Assembly: GCA_964016885.1 (NCBI GenBank)
Contig: OZ024741.1
Location: forward strand, 290,904,001 to 290,968,000
Source of the DNA: Eledone cirrhosa
Taxonomy: Eukaryota
Length of the DNA stretch: 64,000 bases
Direction: 5' to 3'
The notes below the pieces were generated by a model. The model was not told where the DNA came from. It saw only the letters and a program-made list of their open reading frames with translations, and searched no databases. A program made the position numbers and the translations under genes. Shown one piece after another: positions 46,212-59,224 of the stretch; within the stretch, counting starts at the first letter, position 1; each line of letters starts with the position of its first letter.

Positions 46212-47791
46212 CTACAATATATAATAGACAAATACGTTACAAATGTGCAGGTGTCTGTGTGTCAGAATGCGTATTTGTGTCTATATTTGTGTGCCAAGGG
46301 TCAGAATGCGTGTTATGAAATATATATTATTTCAGGTGGGGGTTGAATGGTTTACAATTAGATAAATTGAAATCATAAAACGAACAAGAGGATAAATGTT
46401 AAAAAAAGGCCAAAAGAAAAAAAATAGAAATTAGTGATAAATGATAAAATATAAATAAGGATAACAATCCAATAGATAAATAAAACATTAAAAGAATGTT
46501 AAAAAAATAATAAGAAATAGCTATAACTGCATAATCAAACAGCGAGTAATCGAGAGGCATATGCTAAAACGAGAGCTTCAAGTCATATCAATATTATTTA
46601 AGTCTGAAGGAAGATTTTCCATATATTATATGTTCACAACTACGTAAACCCAAAGGAAAAAGCAAGATTGAATATCTTGTCTTCGTATTAATCCCTCTCT
46701 CTCTCTCTCTCATATATAGTGTCATACATCAGAACACAACCTGATCTCAGTTACACAATCGCCACCGACGAATACGAGAAAGTTCTCCAATGCTGTGTGA
46801 AATAACATTTAATTATTTACACCTTAATTAGAAGCAAAATTAGTGAAGTTAATAAAGATAATTTTCAGAGTGGCCTTAGCAGAGACTTAGAAATAAGTCC
46901 TCCTTATTGCGGTACAACCAGGTCCAAAAAGCCACAGGAGATTCAGTAATGGTGTCCAAAGTAAGAGGTGGGAGGGCTTTAGGTTTAAGTTGGAGAACAA
47001 CTCCGAAATTTAAATTTATCTGAAGATTTATAGGTGGATGGAAGAACAAGTCATGCCGTTGATCGCTATATAAAAAACAAAAAACGGTGAACTCCTCCCA
47101 TCCCCATATATTGTTATGGAGACCACTTACCAAAGAAAGAGAAACAGCATTGAACATTTGGTTTGACTGACGTATGCCAATGTACGTGAACATGTACCGC
47201 CGCCACCACCACAACAACAACATTAATAACACAAACAACCACAGTAACAATAACAAATAGAAACTTTTCAATGATGTGACCTATTAATATATTAAAGCTA
47301 TTAATGATAACTCAGCAACAACTGGTTCTCAAAACCTGAATGTTAAAACGACGAAAGCAGAGGGAATACAATGAAATGGATTTTAAGGAAAGAAAAGAAA
47401 AACGAAAAGAAAGAAAACGAATGTATGACTTGGCAGAATCGTTAGAACGTCGGATTAAAATATCTGGTAGTATTTATTCCGGCTCTTTATATCTGAATTA
47501 AAATTCCATTAAACTGTCTAACCCACCGCTGAATTACTGAACTTGTGCTTAAATTAACAACAACAAAAGCAGCAGCAGCAACAACAACAACAACTAATAC
47601 AGCTCCTGCTGCTGCCAATATTACTACTGCTATTATTTTTATTTCATGCGAATTTCTACTGCTTATGTTAGAAACAATTGTGGTCTGAGTTCAAATCTCA
47701 CCGAGGTTAGCTTTGCCTTTTATCCTTACAGGCTTGATAAATTAAAGAACCAGTAATGCACTCGGATCTATTTAATTGCATATCGCTCCAC

Positions 47792-50700
47792 CAGTGGCGT
47801 AACTGGGCAAAGGGGGCACGTGCCCCCAGGCGCCGTTTTGAGGGGGGGGGGCGCAAAATTGACCAAGATTGTTGACTTAAAATTGAAGCAAGATTGTTTG
47901 CTGCACATTTTGAAAACAGTATACCCGCATTTTCGCGCGTGACATGTGTGTCATTCATGCTGTACGTACAGTGTACAGTACACTGTACACGCGTGCACGT
48001 GTGTGCGTGTACTAGGCGTTCCTAGACGTTTTTTTGACAAAGCAGGGGGCGCTTTGAGGTCAGGTGTGCAGTTTTGGCTGTACACTGTACGTACAGCATG
48101 AATGGACAGGAATAAATCAGCTCAATGAATCTCCTACCAAATGTGGTTGCAAGTCACTTGCAAGAACAGTTTTTCACAGTGCGGTTGTGTGCTATTAATC
48201 CGTAAGTTCCTTTTAAAATGAGTAAATTATTTTCTTTTTTACTGTACATGAACAAAAACTTATGTTTTCCGTTGCTCAATACCTTAGCCCATCAATTGTT
48301 TGTGCTCTATAACTTAGCTTTTCTAAAGAATTTCTTCATACGTGAAGTCCAAACCCACAAAATATGACTAACTGCTGATTTATTCTCAAAATGAACTCTT
48401 TTTTCGGAAACCAATAAAAAATATGGAATCGCTTTGTTCCTTGAATTAACGGTCTTGATTTAAGTGAACAACTTATGAATGCATTACATAAATCATGCAG
48501 AATTTGGTATTTACTTATGCAATAAGTAAATAAAGTCTTAAACAATCTTCCTACCAGAATATAACAGTTTGTTTGTCTTACTGCAACAACAGTGCCATGT
48601 GATCACTATAGCCAATCACTTCATTAAGATACTAGCATAGTTCTTTTGTAGTTAAAACTGTCGTTCTGAAAATGCATTCATTTGTTGTTTTGTAAGAGTT
48701 GTGTATAATCATGAAGCGGACAGTCATCAATAAAGAAAGTGGAGCCGAAGGACGGAAAAGGCGGAAGTTGCGGAAAGAAATCTAGCCAAGTTATCCTGCC
48801 CTTTTTTACTCAAACTAACACGTCCTGTTCCTCTCTTCCTACTCATCAAACTGCTGATGAGCATCCAAGCTGCGAGGCTTCATCAAGTTCATCTTCATCA
48901 GAAGGCATCGATGAGTCGCAGCATTGTGTCTTAAAACCAGAGCCTTGTAAATCAGATGAAACTGACCCCGTAATTCCTGACGCCATTCAACAGCACGACA
49001 TTGGACTTCTTCAGTTTGACAAAGTAACCGGACGACCACTTGTACCTGATTCATTAAGAGTGCAGTTAGTGCAACTTCGTTGGAAGTACTTCCAGAATTC
49101 CGATGGTCCATTTGCACCAAGTAGCAATCCCTCGATGACGAGAAGTTGGTTTGGTCGCAAGTTGTGCAACGGCCAGGGCGAAGAAATCACGCGATCGCGG
49201 CTTCTGTACTCCCAATACAAAAAGTCGGCATTCTGCTTTGGCTGCCTTCTTTTCTCCGGTTCGAGTTTCAATTCCGAACTTGAACAAGAAAATGGCTTCA
49301 GCAACTGGAAGAAGCTAGAGAAAATGGAGTTGCATGAGAACAGTCTTCATCATCAGCGCTGTTTCACTCAGGGGAAAGAGATGAACGCAGTTTGACAGAA
49401 GAGCAAGGAATTATCGATGCACAGCTTCAATCACTAATAACAACCGAGAAGCAACGTTGGCGCGATATCCTCTCTCAACTTCTACAATGCATCAAGTTTC
49501 TTGCGACCCATAATGTTGCATTAAGGGGACATCGCAAATCGTTTCAGCAAAACGAAACGACCAACGCTGGGAACTTCATCAGTTTATTGAAGTTGCTGTC
49601 ATGTTTTGATCCTGTGACAAAGGAGTTTCTAAGTAATGCGGAAACTCATCCAGGTTCCACGTCGTACCTCTCCCCAACAATCCAAAATGAATTCATTCAT
49701 CTACTTGCTCTCAACGTCAAGAAGAATGTTCTTCGACGCGTAAAAAATGCTCGCAATTATGCGCTGATGGTGAACTCATCTCCTGATCAAGCTCATCGAG
49801 ACCAGCTGTCACGAGTGGTGAGGTATGTCGCGGTTGATTTCGACAAAAAGACCGTTCGCATATGAGAGTCCTTTCTGGAGTTCACCCTACTGGAAAAGAA
49901 ATATGCCGCCAGTATTGAACTTATTTTGAAAGAATTGAAAGATGATGGCCTTGCGCCGAGTGATTGCAAGGCACAATGTTACGACAACGCTACGGTTATG
50001 GCCGGACACACCAGTGGGGTTCAACAACGCATAACGAATTTGAACGGAAAGGTGATATTTGTTAACTATGACAACCATTCACTTAACCTCATTGATTTGA
50101 CCACAGCGAAGAGTAGCTTCAAAGTTATGTCATTTTTCAACGTCATCGAGTCATTGTTTGCGTTCTTTTTGCGATCAACACGGCGTTGGGAAAAGTTAAA
50201 GCAAGCATTCCCTTTTGTTCTGAAATCTCCATCGGACACCAGGTGGAGCGCAAGAGCAGATGCTGTAAGGCATCTTGCAAACTTTCTGAATGAAATCCTC
50301 GAGCTTCTGCAAAAGTTGGTAGAGGATAATGAGGAGAGATCCGACACAGGAAGTGATGCAGAACATCTTTTAAGCCAAATGCTTGTCTTCCACTTCTTCG
50401 TGTTGCTTGGACTTTGGAATAGGATTCTGGCTCGAATCGATCGGGTTCAGAAACGCCTTCAAGATCCAACAATGAACTTCCGGGATGCCGCTGATGACAT
50501 CAAAGCCCTCCAGCAGTATTTCGCGGATAATGGAAGTACTATTGCCCAGCAATCACTTAATAAAGGCCTTGAGTTAAATCAACGCTGGAACATTGACATC
50601 AGCAAACGTCGCGGAAGGCCAAGACGGCAGCTTTCAGATAATTCTGAAGATGAATTACTATCGCCAGCCAGTGAAGTAAAAACAGTCATGCAAACCGTTC

Positions 50701-51359
50701 TCCTTCGAATTCAATCAGAAATGCAGCTATGATTCGCCAGTCTCAACGATATTGACGCGAGGTTTGGCTTCCTCCTCGATGTCCGCTTTCTGTGCTATCC
50801 ACCTTTTCAAGACGACCTCGCGCTTCGATCAAAGTGCTCTTCATTAGCTGATCACTACAATGCTGACATTGACGGCAAGGAGCTTTTTGAAGAAATCGTT
50901 GACTGTCGGGCGTGGTTGTCAGCCCGCGCTAATGTTTCAGTCTCAAGACCAGAACACCTCCTGAATTTTATTGTTCAATACGGAGACAACAGTGTATTTC
51001 CGAATCGGATACTGCTAACAATGGCCGTTTCCATCGCAAGCTGTGAGAGATCCTTCAGCAAGCTCAACCTCATCTTATCATAATGGCGGACATCAATGTC
51101 TCAAAGCCGTCTGCGTGATCTTGCCATCCTCAGCATAGAAAGCGAAGAAACAAACGCAACCGATTTTGATGAAATAATCGATTCATTTGCATCAGCTAAA
51201 GCTAGAAAGATCCCTTTTAAATATTTTTTTACATATTAATTATAAAAGTAATTTTAGATCATATATTCATGTTTTTTCGTGTCATTTAAATTACTGAGAG
51301 GGGGGGGGGGGCAACGTTCGAGCTTGCCTCCGGGCGCAAAATCCCTAATTACGCCACTG
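47792..51359 (+). mobile_element. Full-length hAT DNA transposon (Tip100/ZMYM1-like), inserted in a SINE within an FGF intron
   Basis: TIR CAGTGGCGTAA / TTACGCCACTG; 8-bp TSD CGCTCCAC vs CTCTCTAC (6/8); SINE halves at ~47680-47791 and ~51360-51410. Confidence 0.9.
48711..51220 (+). pseudogene. hAT transposase, frameshifted and with stops
   Basis: MKRTVINKESGAEGRKRRK, AFCFGCLLF..GFSNWK..HE.S..H (TTF zinc finger), ALRGH..GNF..LL, YLSPTIQNEFI, QCYDNATVMAG..SGVQ.RI, SDTRWS, SCERSFSKL, AKARK. Confidence 0.88.
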
Positions 51360-52280
51360 CTCTCTACCTAAAATGTTTGACCTTATACCTAAATCATAAA
51401 CGATTATTATAACGTCTGAATATGACGGATAATTATCACATAAACACACCTCCAGCAAATATGAAACTAGCAATTTTGAACATAGTTCCTTGCAAAATGA
51501 AACAAATAGCGATATCTGTCAGGCACAAAGCTGCGCTATCTCGTTATTAGCTATATTGTTTTAAACATATCTCACTTGGTTGAGATGTTTAAAACAATAT
51601 AACTAATACCGAGATAATCGTTGGTTACAGAATTCTCTTGAAGTGTTTCGTTATTTCGCTGTACTTTTAATGGAGAGAGAGTGACAAATAAGTGTCTAAC
51701 AGGATGCAGAAGAAAATTAACAATGGCTCTTTGGTGCCTTTAACAGAGACTATAATCTTGCACTTGGGTGGCACACTTAATCTGTCACCCGGTAACACGC
51801 TAGTACTGAACATATACTGCTGGTATTCGAAACAGGTTTCTAGTCGGGTTTTTTCCTCAATGTCCTCAGTGTCGAAGAGCCAGTATAATGTTATAGGCGC
51901 TTCTCGTTTATCTCCTGACAAAGGCCACGACAACATTATAGGCGACCATCATCCCATGTGCCATTCATCTTCTCCGGGAGTAGACCGTGAGTTGGGGAGC
52001 ACTTGGTTCCTATTTATATCTGTGGGTATCTCAAAAAAAGCTCCTCATTATTTTGACTCACATTAGTCTAGCCATTCAAGATTGGGGAGGGGGGGGGGGG
52101 AGGAGAAAAAATTGTAATTTACTGAAGTCATCTTTTGAAAACGTAAAGAATCATAATATCATAAGTGAAGAATTAAATTTAATGAGTGTAAGTAGGAAAA
52201 GAAATCAATGTGTGCTTCTACTGTGTGTTTACATATATATCTATGTATGAATGTATATTTGTAGTGTTTGTGTGCATGCT

Positions 52281-52378
52281 TGAGAGAGAGAGAGAGACAG
52301 AAAGAGAGAGACAGAGAGAGACAGAATGAGAGAGAGAGAGAGAGAGACAGAGAGAGAGAGACAGAGAGAGAAAGAGAG
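52281..52378. repeat. (GA)n microsatellite
   Basis: Direct inspection. Confidence 0.9.
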
Positions 52379-52829
52379 CGTGTAGATCTGCGTGTGCGTG
52401 TGTTTAGGAATTATTCTGATATGCTGTCTGCCAAACTCATTGTGATTGCTTGCCAAATGTTAGGAAAACTCTTGCCAAAATGTGGGAAGGTAACTAGGAA
52501 AGTTATTTTTGTGTAGATAATGAGTTTGGTCATTGATATTATTGCTGTTATAATAATAATAATAATAATTTATTATTATTATTATTATTGAATATTTAGT
52601 TGCATTTCATAGTTTATATAATCGTACTCTAACAAAATTACTTATGTCCAGAACAAGCTGCTTCTGCATAATCTTAAGAATAGCCATTAAATGAAAATCA
52701 GCTTTTCGATGAGACTTTAAAACAACCAGTACAACCACATGAGTAGATGAGGATGATATCTTGATCATTGTTGATGAGTAAGAATACGAAACTGTGATGC
52801 TATCACAATAGTAATTCTGTGATCAACGG

Positions 52830-54507
52830 CATTGCGTTTACTGGTACTTTATTTCATCGACTCCCTAAGGATGAAAAGCAAAACAAACAGACCATAAAGT
52901 GACGTAACTATACACATGTCCAACGATCTAGAGATACTGCCAATCCACCGCCCTGACAGCGTTGTAATAATTGTTTCTATTTTAGGCACAAGGCCAGCAA
53001 CTATCCAGTACATTAATGGTTTCTTGTATAGGCACAAGGCCAGCAATTTTGGGGGAGGGGAAAATTCGATTAAATCGACTTCAGTGCATAACTGGTACTT
53101 TATTTTATCGACCCCGTAAGGATGAAAGGTAAAGTTAACCTCGGCGGGATTTAAAACTCAGATCATAAAGGGCCGTAACTCTATGCTGCAAAGCATGGCG
53201 TCCGACCCTCTACCGATACTGCCAATCCACCACCCTTGACAGCGTTGTAATAATGGTTTCTGATTTAGGCAGAAAGCCAACAATTTTCGGCGAGAGGTAA
53301 ATCAATTAAATCGACTCCACTACATTATTAGTACTTTGTTTTATTGACCCGGTAAGAATGAAAGGAAAATCTAACCTCGGCGGCATTTGAACTCAGAATG
53401 TAAAGAGATGTAACACTATTCTGCAAAGCATGATGTCCGACGATCTAACGATACTGCCAATTCACCTCCCGAACAGCATTGTTATAATGAAATTTGGTTT
53501 ATTAGCTTAGAATTATTCCTGCGACGAACCATTCCAATATAAATTTCATTGGAATCTCAATGCAAACACCGATTCTTCACAGTTACAGGACCATATGATG
53601 TGAAAAAGAGGCTTGCATCGTCGATCCTGCGCAATAATCTACCATGATGAAAGTGTGATGCAATAATGTTTAAGAAATTTAAATATTGCATATGCATTTA
53701 AAATATTTTAAAATGAATTTAAACTATATGTTATAATATAATAATTGTTTCTACTTTTGGCACGAGGCCAACAATTATCTCAGTGCATTACTGGTACTTT
53801 ATATTATTGACCCCGCTAGGATGAAAGGCAAAGTTAACCTCGGCCTGATTTGAACTCAGAATGGCAAGTGCCGTAAATCTATGCTGCAAAGTACTGTGTC
53901 CGACCCTGTACCGATACTGCCAATCCACTGCCCCGTGGTAGATCGGCAATACAATTCCTTGGTATTATTATAATATAATATACGATCTGAGTTCAAATCC
54001 CGCCGAGGTTGACTTTGCCTTTCATCCTTACGGGGTCGATAAAATAAAGTACCAGTAATGCACTGGGTAAATGCTGGCCTTGTGCCTAAAGTAGAAACAA
54101 TTATTATAATATAATATAATTATATGGTATTATTATAATATAATATCGGTAGAGGGTCGGACGCCATGCTTTCCAGCATAGTTACGTCCCTTTACGATCT
54201 GAGTTCAAATCCCGCCGAGGTTGACTTCGCTTTTCATCCTTAGGGGGTCGATAAAATAAAGTACCAGTAATGCACTGGTGAATTGCTGGCCTTGTGCCTA
54301 ACGTAGAAACAATTATAAAATAATATAATTGTTTCTACTTTTGGCACAAGGCAATCAATTACCCAGTGCATTACTGGTACTTTATTTTATCGACCCCGTA
54401 AGGATGAAAGGCAAGGTGAACCTCGGCGGGATTTGAACTCAGACCGTAGAGGGACGTAACTATGCTGAAAAGCATGACCTCCAAACCCTCTACCGATACT
54501 GCCAATC
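52830..54507. mobile_element. Cluster of ~7 tRNA-SINE copies in both orientations
   Basis: Minus: ~52830-52955, 52968-53235, 53250-53470, 53742-53932, 54327-54507; plus: 53982-54102, 54146-54313. Confidence 0.8.
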
Positions 54508-54699
54508 AATACCAAATAATTGTTACATTTGGTGAGTGTCATGCTGTCCTAATATTGCCAAAATTAATAAAACAGTCATTGTTTGGTTTGGATTTCACTT
54601 CAGTATTTTTTTTTTCGTATTTTTATAAGTTTATCATTCATTGACAGACAGGTTAAAAATATAATTATAATTTCTCGAAGTTCTTTCCTCAAACATTCC

Positions 54700-55600
54700 T
54701 GTGGCATCTCCAGTGATTATCGCTGTGTTTCCGCCCGTTGTGTTTCCATAATGTTTTCTTTTTCGGTTGTCTCTGTTTGCGCATGTGTTTGTGTGCGTGC
54801 ATTCATATAGTAGTGAATTGTCTTTTCGTCTTTTTAGTTCACTTCATTGTTCATCTATTCCTTCTCCTATGCTACGGGCTGTTTCTCCTATGTACGTCGT
54901 TGCCATGTTTCTGAAGGCACCCTCTGTGTATCTTATATTTGACAATTTATTTGTGGACTTTCTTTACATATTACACATTTCTTATTTGTACAGCGGATTT
55001 ACTTAAAAGGGTACGTTTTACTGATCAGGGAATTCGTGGTAGTTCCTGGCTTTTTTTTTTTTTTAACCACTTTGATATTTAAATAGATTTTCTAAATCGA
55101 TTTGTATTTTGACATCGACATGCATTTGCTAAATCGACTTGTATTTTACCACTTTAATATTTAAATATATTTTCTAAATCGTATTGTGTTTTGCCATGGC
55201 CCCTTTGTACAACCTCATCTTGTCTCTTTGGCTGTAGCCAGAGAACTGCATTCGATGGATGAAGTGTTGTACGTATCTTTATAGTTCAGTTGAACCGCAA
55301 ATACGAGACACATTTTTCATCACTCTTACTAAGTCCCCGATCAGGTAATAAATTTAGCACTATTGGACATCAATGAGTTTTTATGTATTTGGAGGCTATA
55401 GGTTTAGCATAATGTGAGCCGGGTATTTGGGCTTTATCGTTTATAGAATGTAACCAAAGTTCAGTCTTTAATACTAGTAGTCTACTGTTATGGTGTTTGG
55501 TAGGGTAGTCTATATTTAATTTGATGCTCTGGTGTATAGAGTTATCAACGTTTCTGAGGATCCAAGTGTTTTGAAGTTTAAAATATGTAGTGATATTTTC
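54700..55600 (-). mobile_element. Old Penelope-like element remnant of a different clade (RT C-terminus plus GIY-YIG)
   Basis: Manual translation: NSIHQSIKLNIDYP, HYAKPIASKY, LVRVMKNVS, HFIHRMQFSGY, TYIGETARSIGE. Confidence 0.65.
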
Positions 55601-56022
55601 ACTTTTTTCTTTTAGTTTGTAGTTTTCATTTCCTTTTCTTTAGAATGGTTAACTGTATTTGGATTGAATTCCGCCAGAGAACGGGTCGCAGGTCGCGGAT
55701 AGTGATACGGCCATCATTTAAGCGTGTAGCTGCCAGGCGAATAACAGCGTTAAACTACTAGGAGAGGTGGAGCTATGGGTAATACTTGTAGCTCCCAAGA
55801 AGACTCTCAAAACCCAGTGATATAGCAATGACGAGGTGCCTCTAGAAATGTCCCCGAAAATGCCTAGAATTCGCGTGTTTGAAAAAGTAACAGACTGGTG
55901 TCTGGTCTGGCGCGAATAAGACGACTAAAACTGCAAAATGCTGAGAGGTAATATCTTAATAAATGATTAAAACAAATATAATCATTCCTATCAATAGATA
56001 TTTTCTGCATTTTCTGAAATAT

Positions 56023-56200
56023 CTACCTGGGCGGGTAAAATTCCCGAGATCCATGTACGAGTTCTCTCCAGCGGTCTCCCTCCATCATCGCCGCCATATC
56101 CTGTGTCTCCCAGAGACCAGTGTCTGTCTTTAGGGCAACAATATAGGTCATACTCGGTCTCCCTATTCGAGCGTGTCCGTGTAGGGGACCCCCGACAAGA
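56023..56200 (-). mobile_element. RTE LINE 3' end fragment (same family as 8961-9155)
   Basis: PLHGHARIGRP..TGLWETQDMAAMMEGDRWRELVHGSREFYPPR. Confidence 0.75.
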
Positions 56201-56275
56201 CCACTGAAATAAAAAGTGGCATAAATTCTCCCGAACCCCTTGCTCATAATATTTGTTTTCCACGTACTCTGATTA

Positions 56276-57645
56276 CACCGTGTAACATTTTTGTTTCCCG
56301 GTTCTAAGTGTCATTTCCTGGTTTGTTATATCCCATTATTATAAAAACAACATTATTATTTAATCAGAAGTTTGGGTTTGTGGTCAGGAGTTTGATATTT
56401 CGAAATGTTCATATTTTTTCAAGAAAAAAAAACTTTTTTTTAATTTATCAGTTCATATAATTAAATCAACAGAGTATATATTTATTTTATTACACAGGCT
56501 TATCAAAGGCAAACAAGTAAAAACAAATAACACTTATAAAGCAACTTATACACGTCAGAAATGACTGGATTTCCTGGATTTGCGGTTATAGTCCAGGTCG
56601 CATTCCCGCACTAGTCCCCCAGATATAATCACCCATCATTTTTCCATTGTAGTGGCCCGGGTACCTCCGCTCTATCTCTTTCAGATCTTGGTGGAATCGT
56701 TCGCCTTGTTCTTCTGAGTAGGCGCCCATATTGTCCTTGAATTTTTCCAGGTGAGCGTCCAGCATATGGAGTTTAAGCGACATCCTGCATCCCATGGCGC
56801 CAAAAGCCTGCCTCAGATCCTGCACCAGATGCTGGTAGTTTTAAGATCAGTAGTTGCACAGGAAGCCCTTAACAACTGCCTTGAAACAGTTCCATGCTGT
56901 TCTCTCGAATCCTATTGAGCTTATTGGAGAACTCGGTAGACTCAAACACCTTCTTTACCTGAGGTCCACCAAAAATTCCACCTTTGATTTTGGCCTCAGA
57001 TAACTTGGGGAAGAACTCAAGAAGGTACTTAAAAGCGGCTGATTCTTGGTTGAGAGCCTTCACAAACTGCTTCATCAACCCCAAATTAATGTGCAGTGGC
57101 GGCATGAGCACAATCCTGGGATCAACCAGTGGCTCCCACATGACGTTCCGGGTCCCAACTACAAATTCTATTCGCTGCTCCCAGTTCTTTTTTTGAAGTG
57201 GTCAGAGGTGGCTCTGCTGTCCCAAAGGCAGAGGAAGCATTGGAATTTGATAAAGTCTCCTTGGAGACAAGCAGGAAAACCACCATCTTGAAATCTCCAA
57301 TGATTTCCCAATTGTACTGGTTGTATTGCAAAGCTTCCAAGAGGACTTTCACACTGTAGTAATCTCCCTTCAGGCAGACTGAATGAGCTAGGGGCAGTGT
57401 CGGGAACTTGTTTCCATTGTGTAGGAGGACAGCCTTCAAACTTCTGGTGGAGCTGTCTATAAATAGCCGCCACTCCTTGGGCACAAACGGCACCCCAATA
57501 ACGTCAAACAGTCCAGCCACGTCATGGCAGAAGCAGAGGGCATCCCTAAGAGTGTAAAAGTCTGAGAAAGGTTCGTGTCGACTTCTGACTTGTCACCTGC
57601 ACTTCCTCCTTGACCAAGTTCCACTGCTTCATCCTGGAGACGAAT
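56276..57645 (-). mobile_element. Chapaev3 (CMC) DNA transposon remnant, 3' half with one terminus
   Basis: EWRLFIDSS.RSLKAVLLHNGN, CFLCLWDSR, PPLHINLGLMKQFVKAL, FPKLSEAKIK.GIF.GPQ, MSLKLH.L..HL, SEEQGERFHQD; terminus CACCGTGTAACA at 56276. Confidence 0.8.
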
Positions 57646-58616
57646 GCTTAAAACACAACTTACCCTTTATTCAGGGTGCGAAAATCCAGTATCAATAAAT
57701 CTCTTTAATCCACTTTTTAACAATTTTATACTTTATTGCACTTTTATAATTTTCTTTAGGTATTACTCTTTATTTTATAATTCTAATTTAATCTGAAACA
57801 TATATAAAAAAAAAAATCATTTAACATAAGCAAATTAAACTTACATACAACGTAAAATCCAGCATACAAATAATTATAGTGAATAGCTTAGCATTTTCAC
57901 AAACCCAAACTTTTAACTGTTTAATAGCACTTTTTCTTTATTTATTTGGGACCTAAGCAACACAAAAAAGTGATTTACAAGCCAGTAACAGAAAAACATT
58001 TTTTTTTCGTTATACGGTGTTATTCAATCGTACAGGTTTGGGATATTTTACCCCATGGTTTACACGTTGGATGAAATTTTTCTTTATATTTGTGGATCAG
58101 AAAAATAAATTGTGCTATCTATCTGTATATATATATATATATACATACATAGATGGGGTGTGTGTAGCTGTGTCTATATATCTACATAAGCGACTAAACG
58201 ACACGCCAATTATTATGAATGCAATCATAATATACAAAAGATTCATAGTCACACGCACTCTCACACACTCATATATACATATATATAACCCGACAGATTA
58301 ATGTATGTCTGGAATTTGCCTTTGTCATCCTCTCTTTGTAGTAACAAACACACAAATTATTATTATTATTTTTATTATACACGAATAGACACACACGCCA
58401 TTACAATTTTACATACATTCAGTCTGGAACTAGCTTTTGAAACGGCAATAGATCAGCCGTCGGGACTCGACTCTTTATAATATAGCTGTACTCTACTATC
58501 CCATGTATCGAGTACTCTGTTGAGTAATGGTCTAACTAGTTTAAAACTGGTTCAATCCAGACATACATCCAATTATATATGTATGTATGTGAATACATAC
58601 ATGTTTGTACATGTAT

Positions 58617-59210
58617 ATGGTGGCTGCCAACTCGTTTTCGTGTACGGCCACTACTTTATATCCATGGAGGAGGCCCCTACCGATGCGCTGAACGAGTGTG
58701 ACCAGCTAACGACTTGAAAACTCTGGTACAAACACTACACTTGTGACAATTATTGACACATAGTGCTGGGCCCATGGTACCATGTGACGACAAGTGCAGA
58801 GAAATCTCCTGATATAAAGCAATGCCTGTGGCGTGAAGCTTTTATAGTGAGCAAAGGCACTGCCCAAAGCCAGTCCCACTCTCTTAACGAAGATGATATT
58901 TACCAAAAAGAAGAACAAGTCAACATCATTGGATACCATCAGGGTTGCAGGTGTTATATCAGAGTTTTCCTTCTCCTAGAATTCTGTCTTGACAAAGGCT
59001 AAGGGGTCATCTCTCCTGGTGATTTTGGATGGCCATTGACTCTTAAGAGCTCCTTTGCCCTTTGACAGTTTTTGTTTTTAGTCCTGCAGGATGTCCAAAG
59101 CCACCCTCCTCACCAAGAAACATTGGTGGGGATTGCCAGTTTAGTCGCCAACGACCCGACCATGAGACAGGTTGTACTGGGATACATGTTACCAGTAGCA
59201 CCAACTGGTG
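58617..59210 (-). mobile_element. Bipartite RTE-derived element, full copy
   Basis: Near-identical to 24783-25385. Confidence 0.75.
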
Positions 59211-59224
59211 ACCTGACATACATA

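Noticed and set aside
58300-58560. Half hammerhead (GAAA-CGGC..GCCG-TC-GGGA)
   Set aside because: No matching 5' core or stem I found; treated only as a decayed relative of 43713-44224
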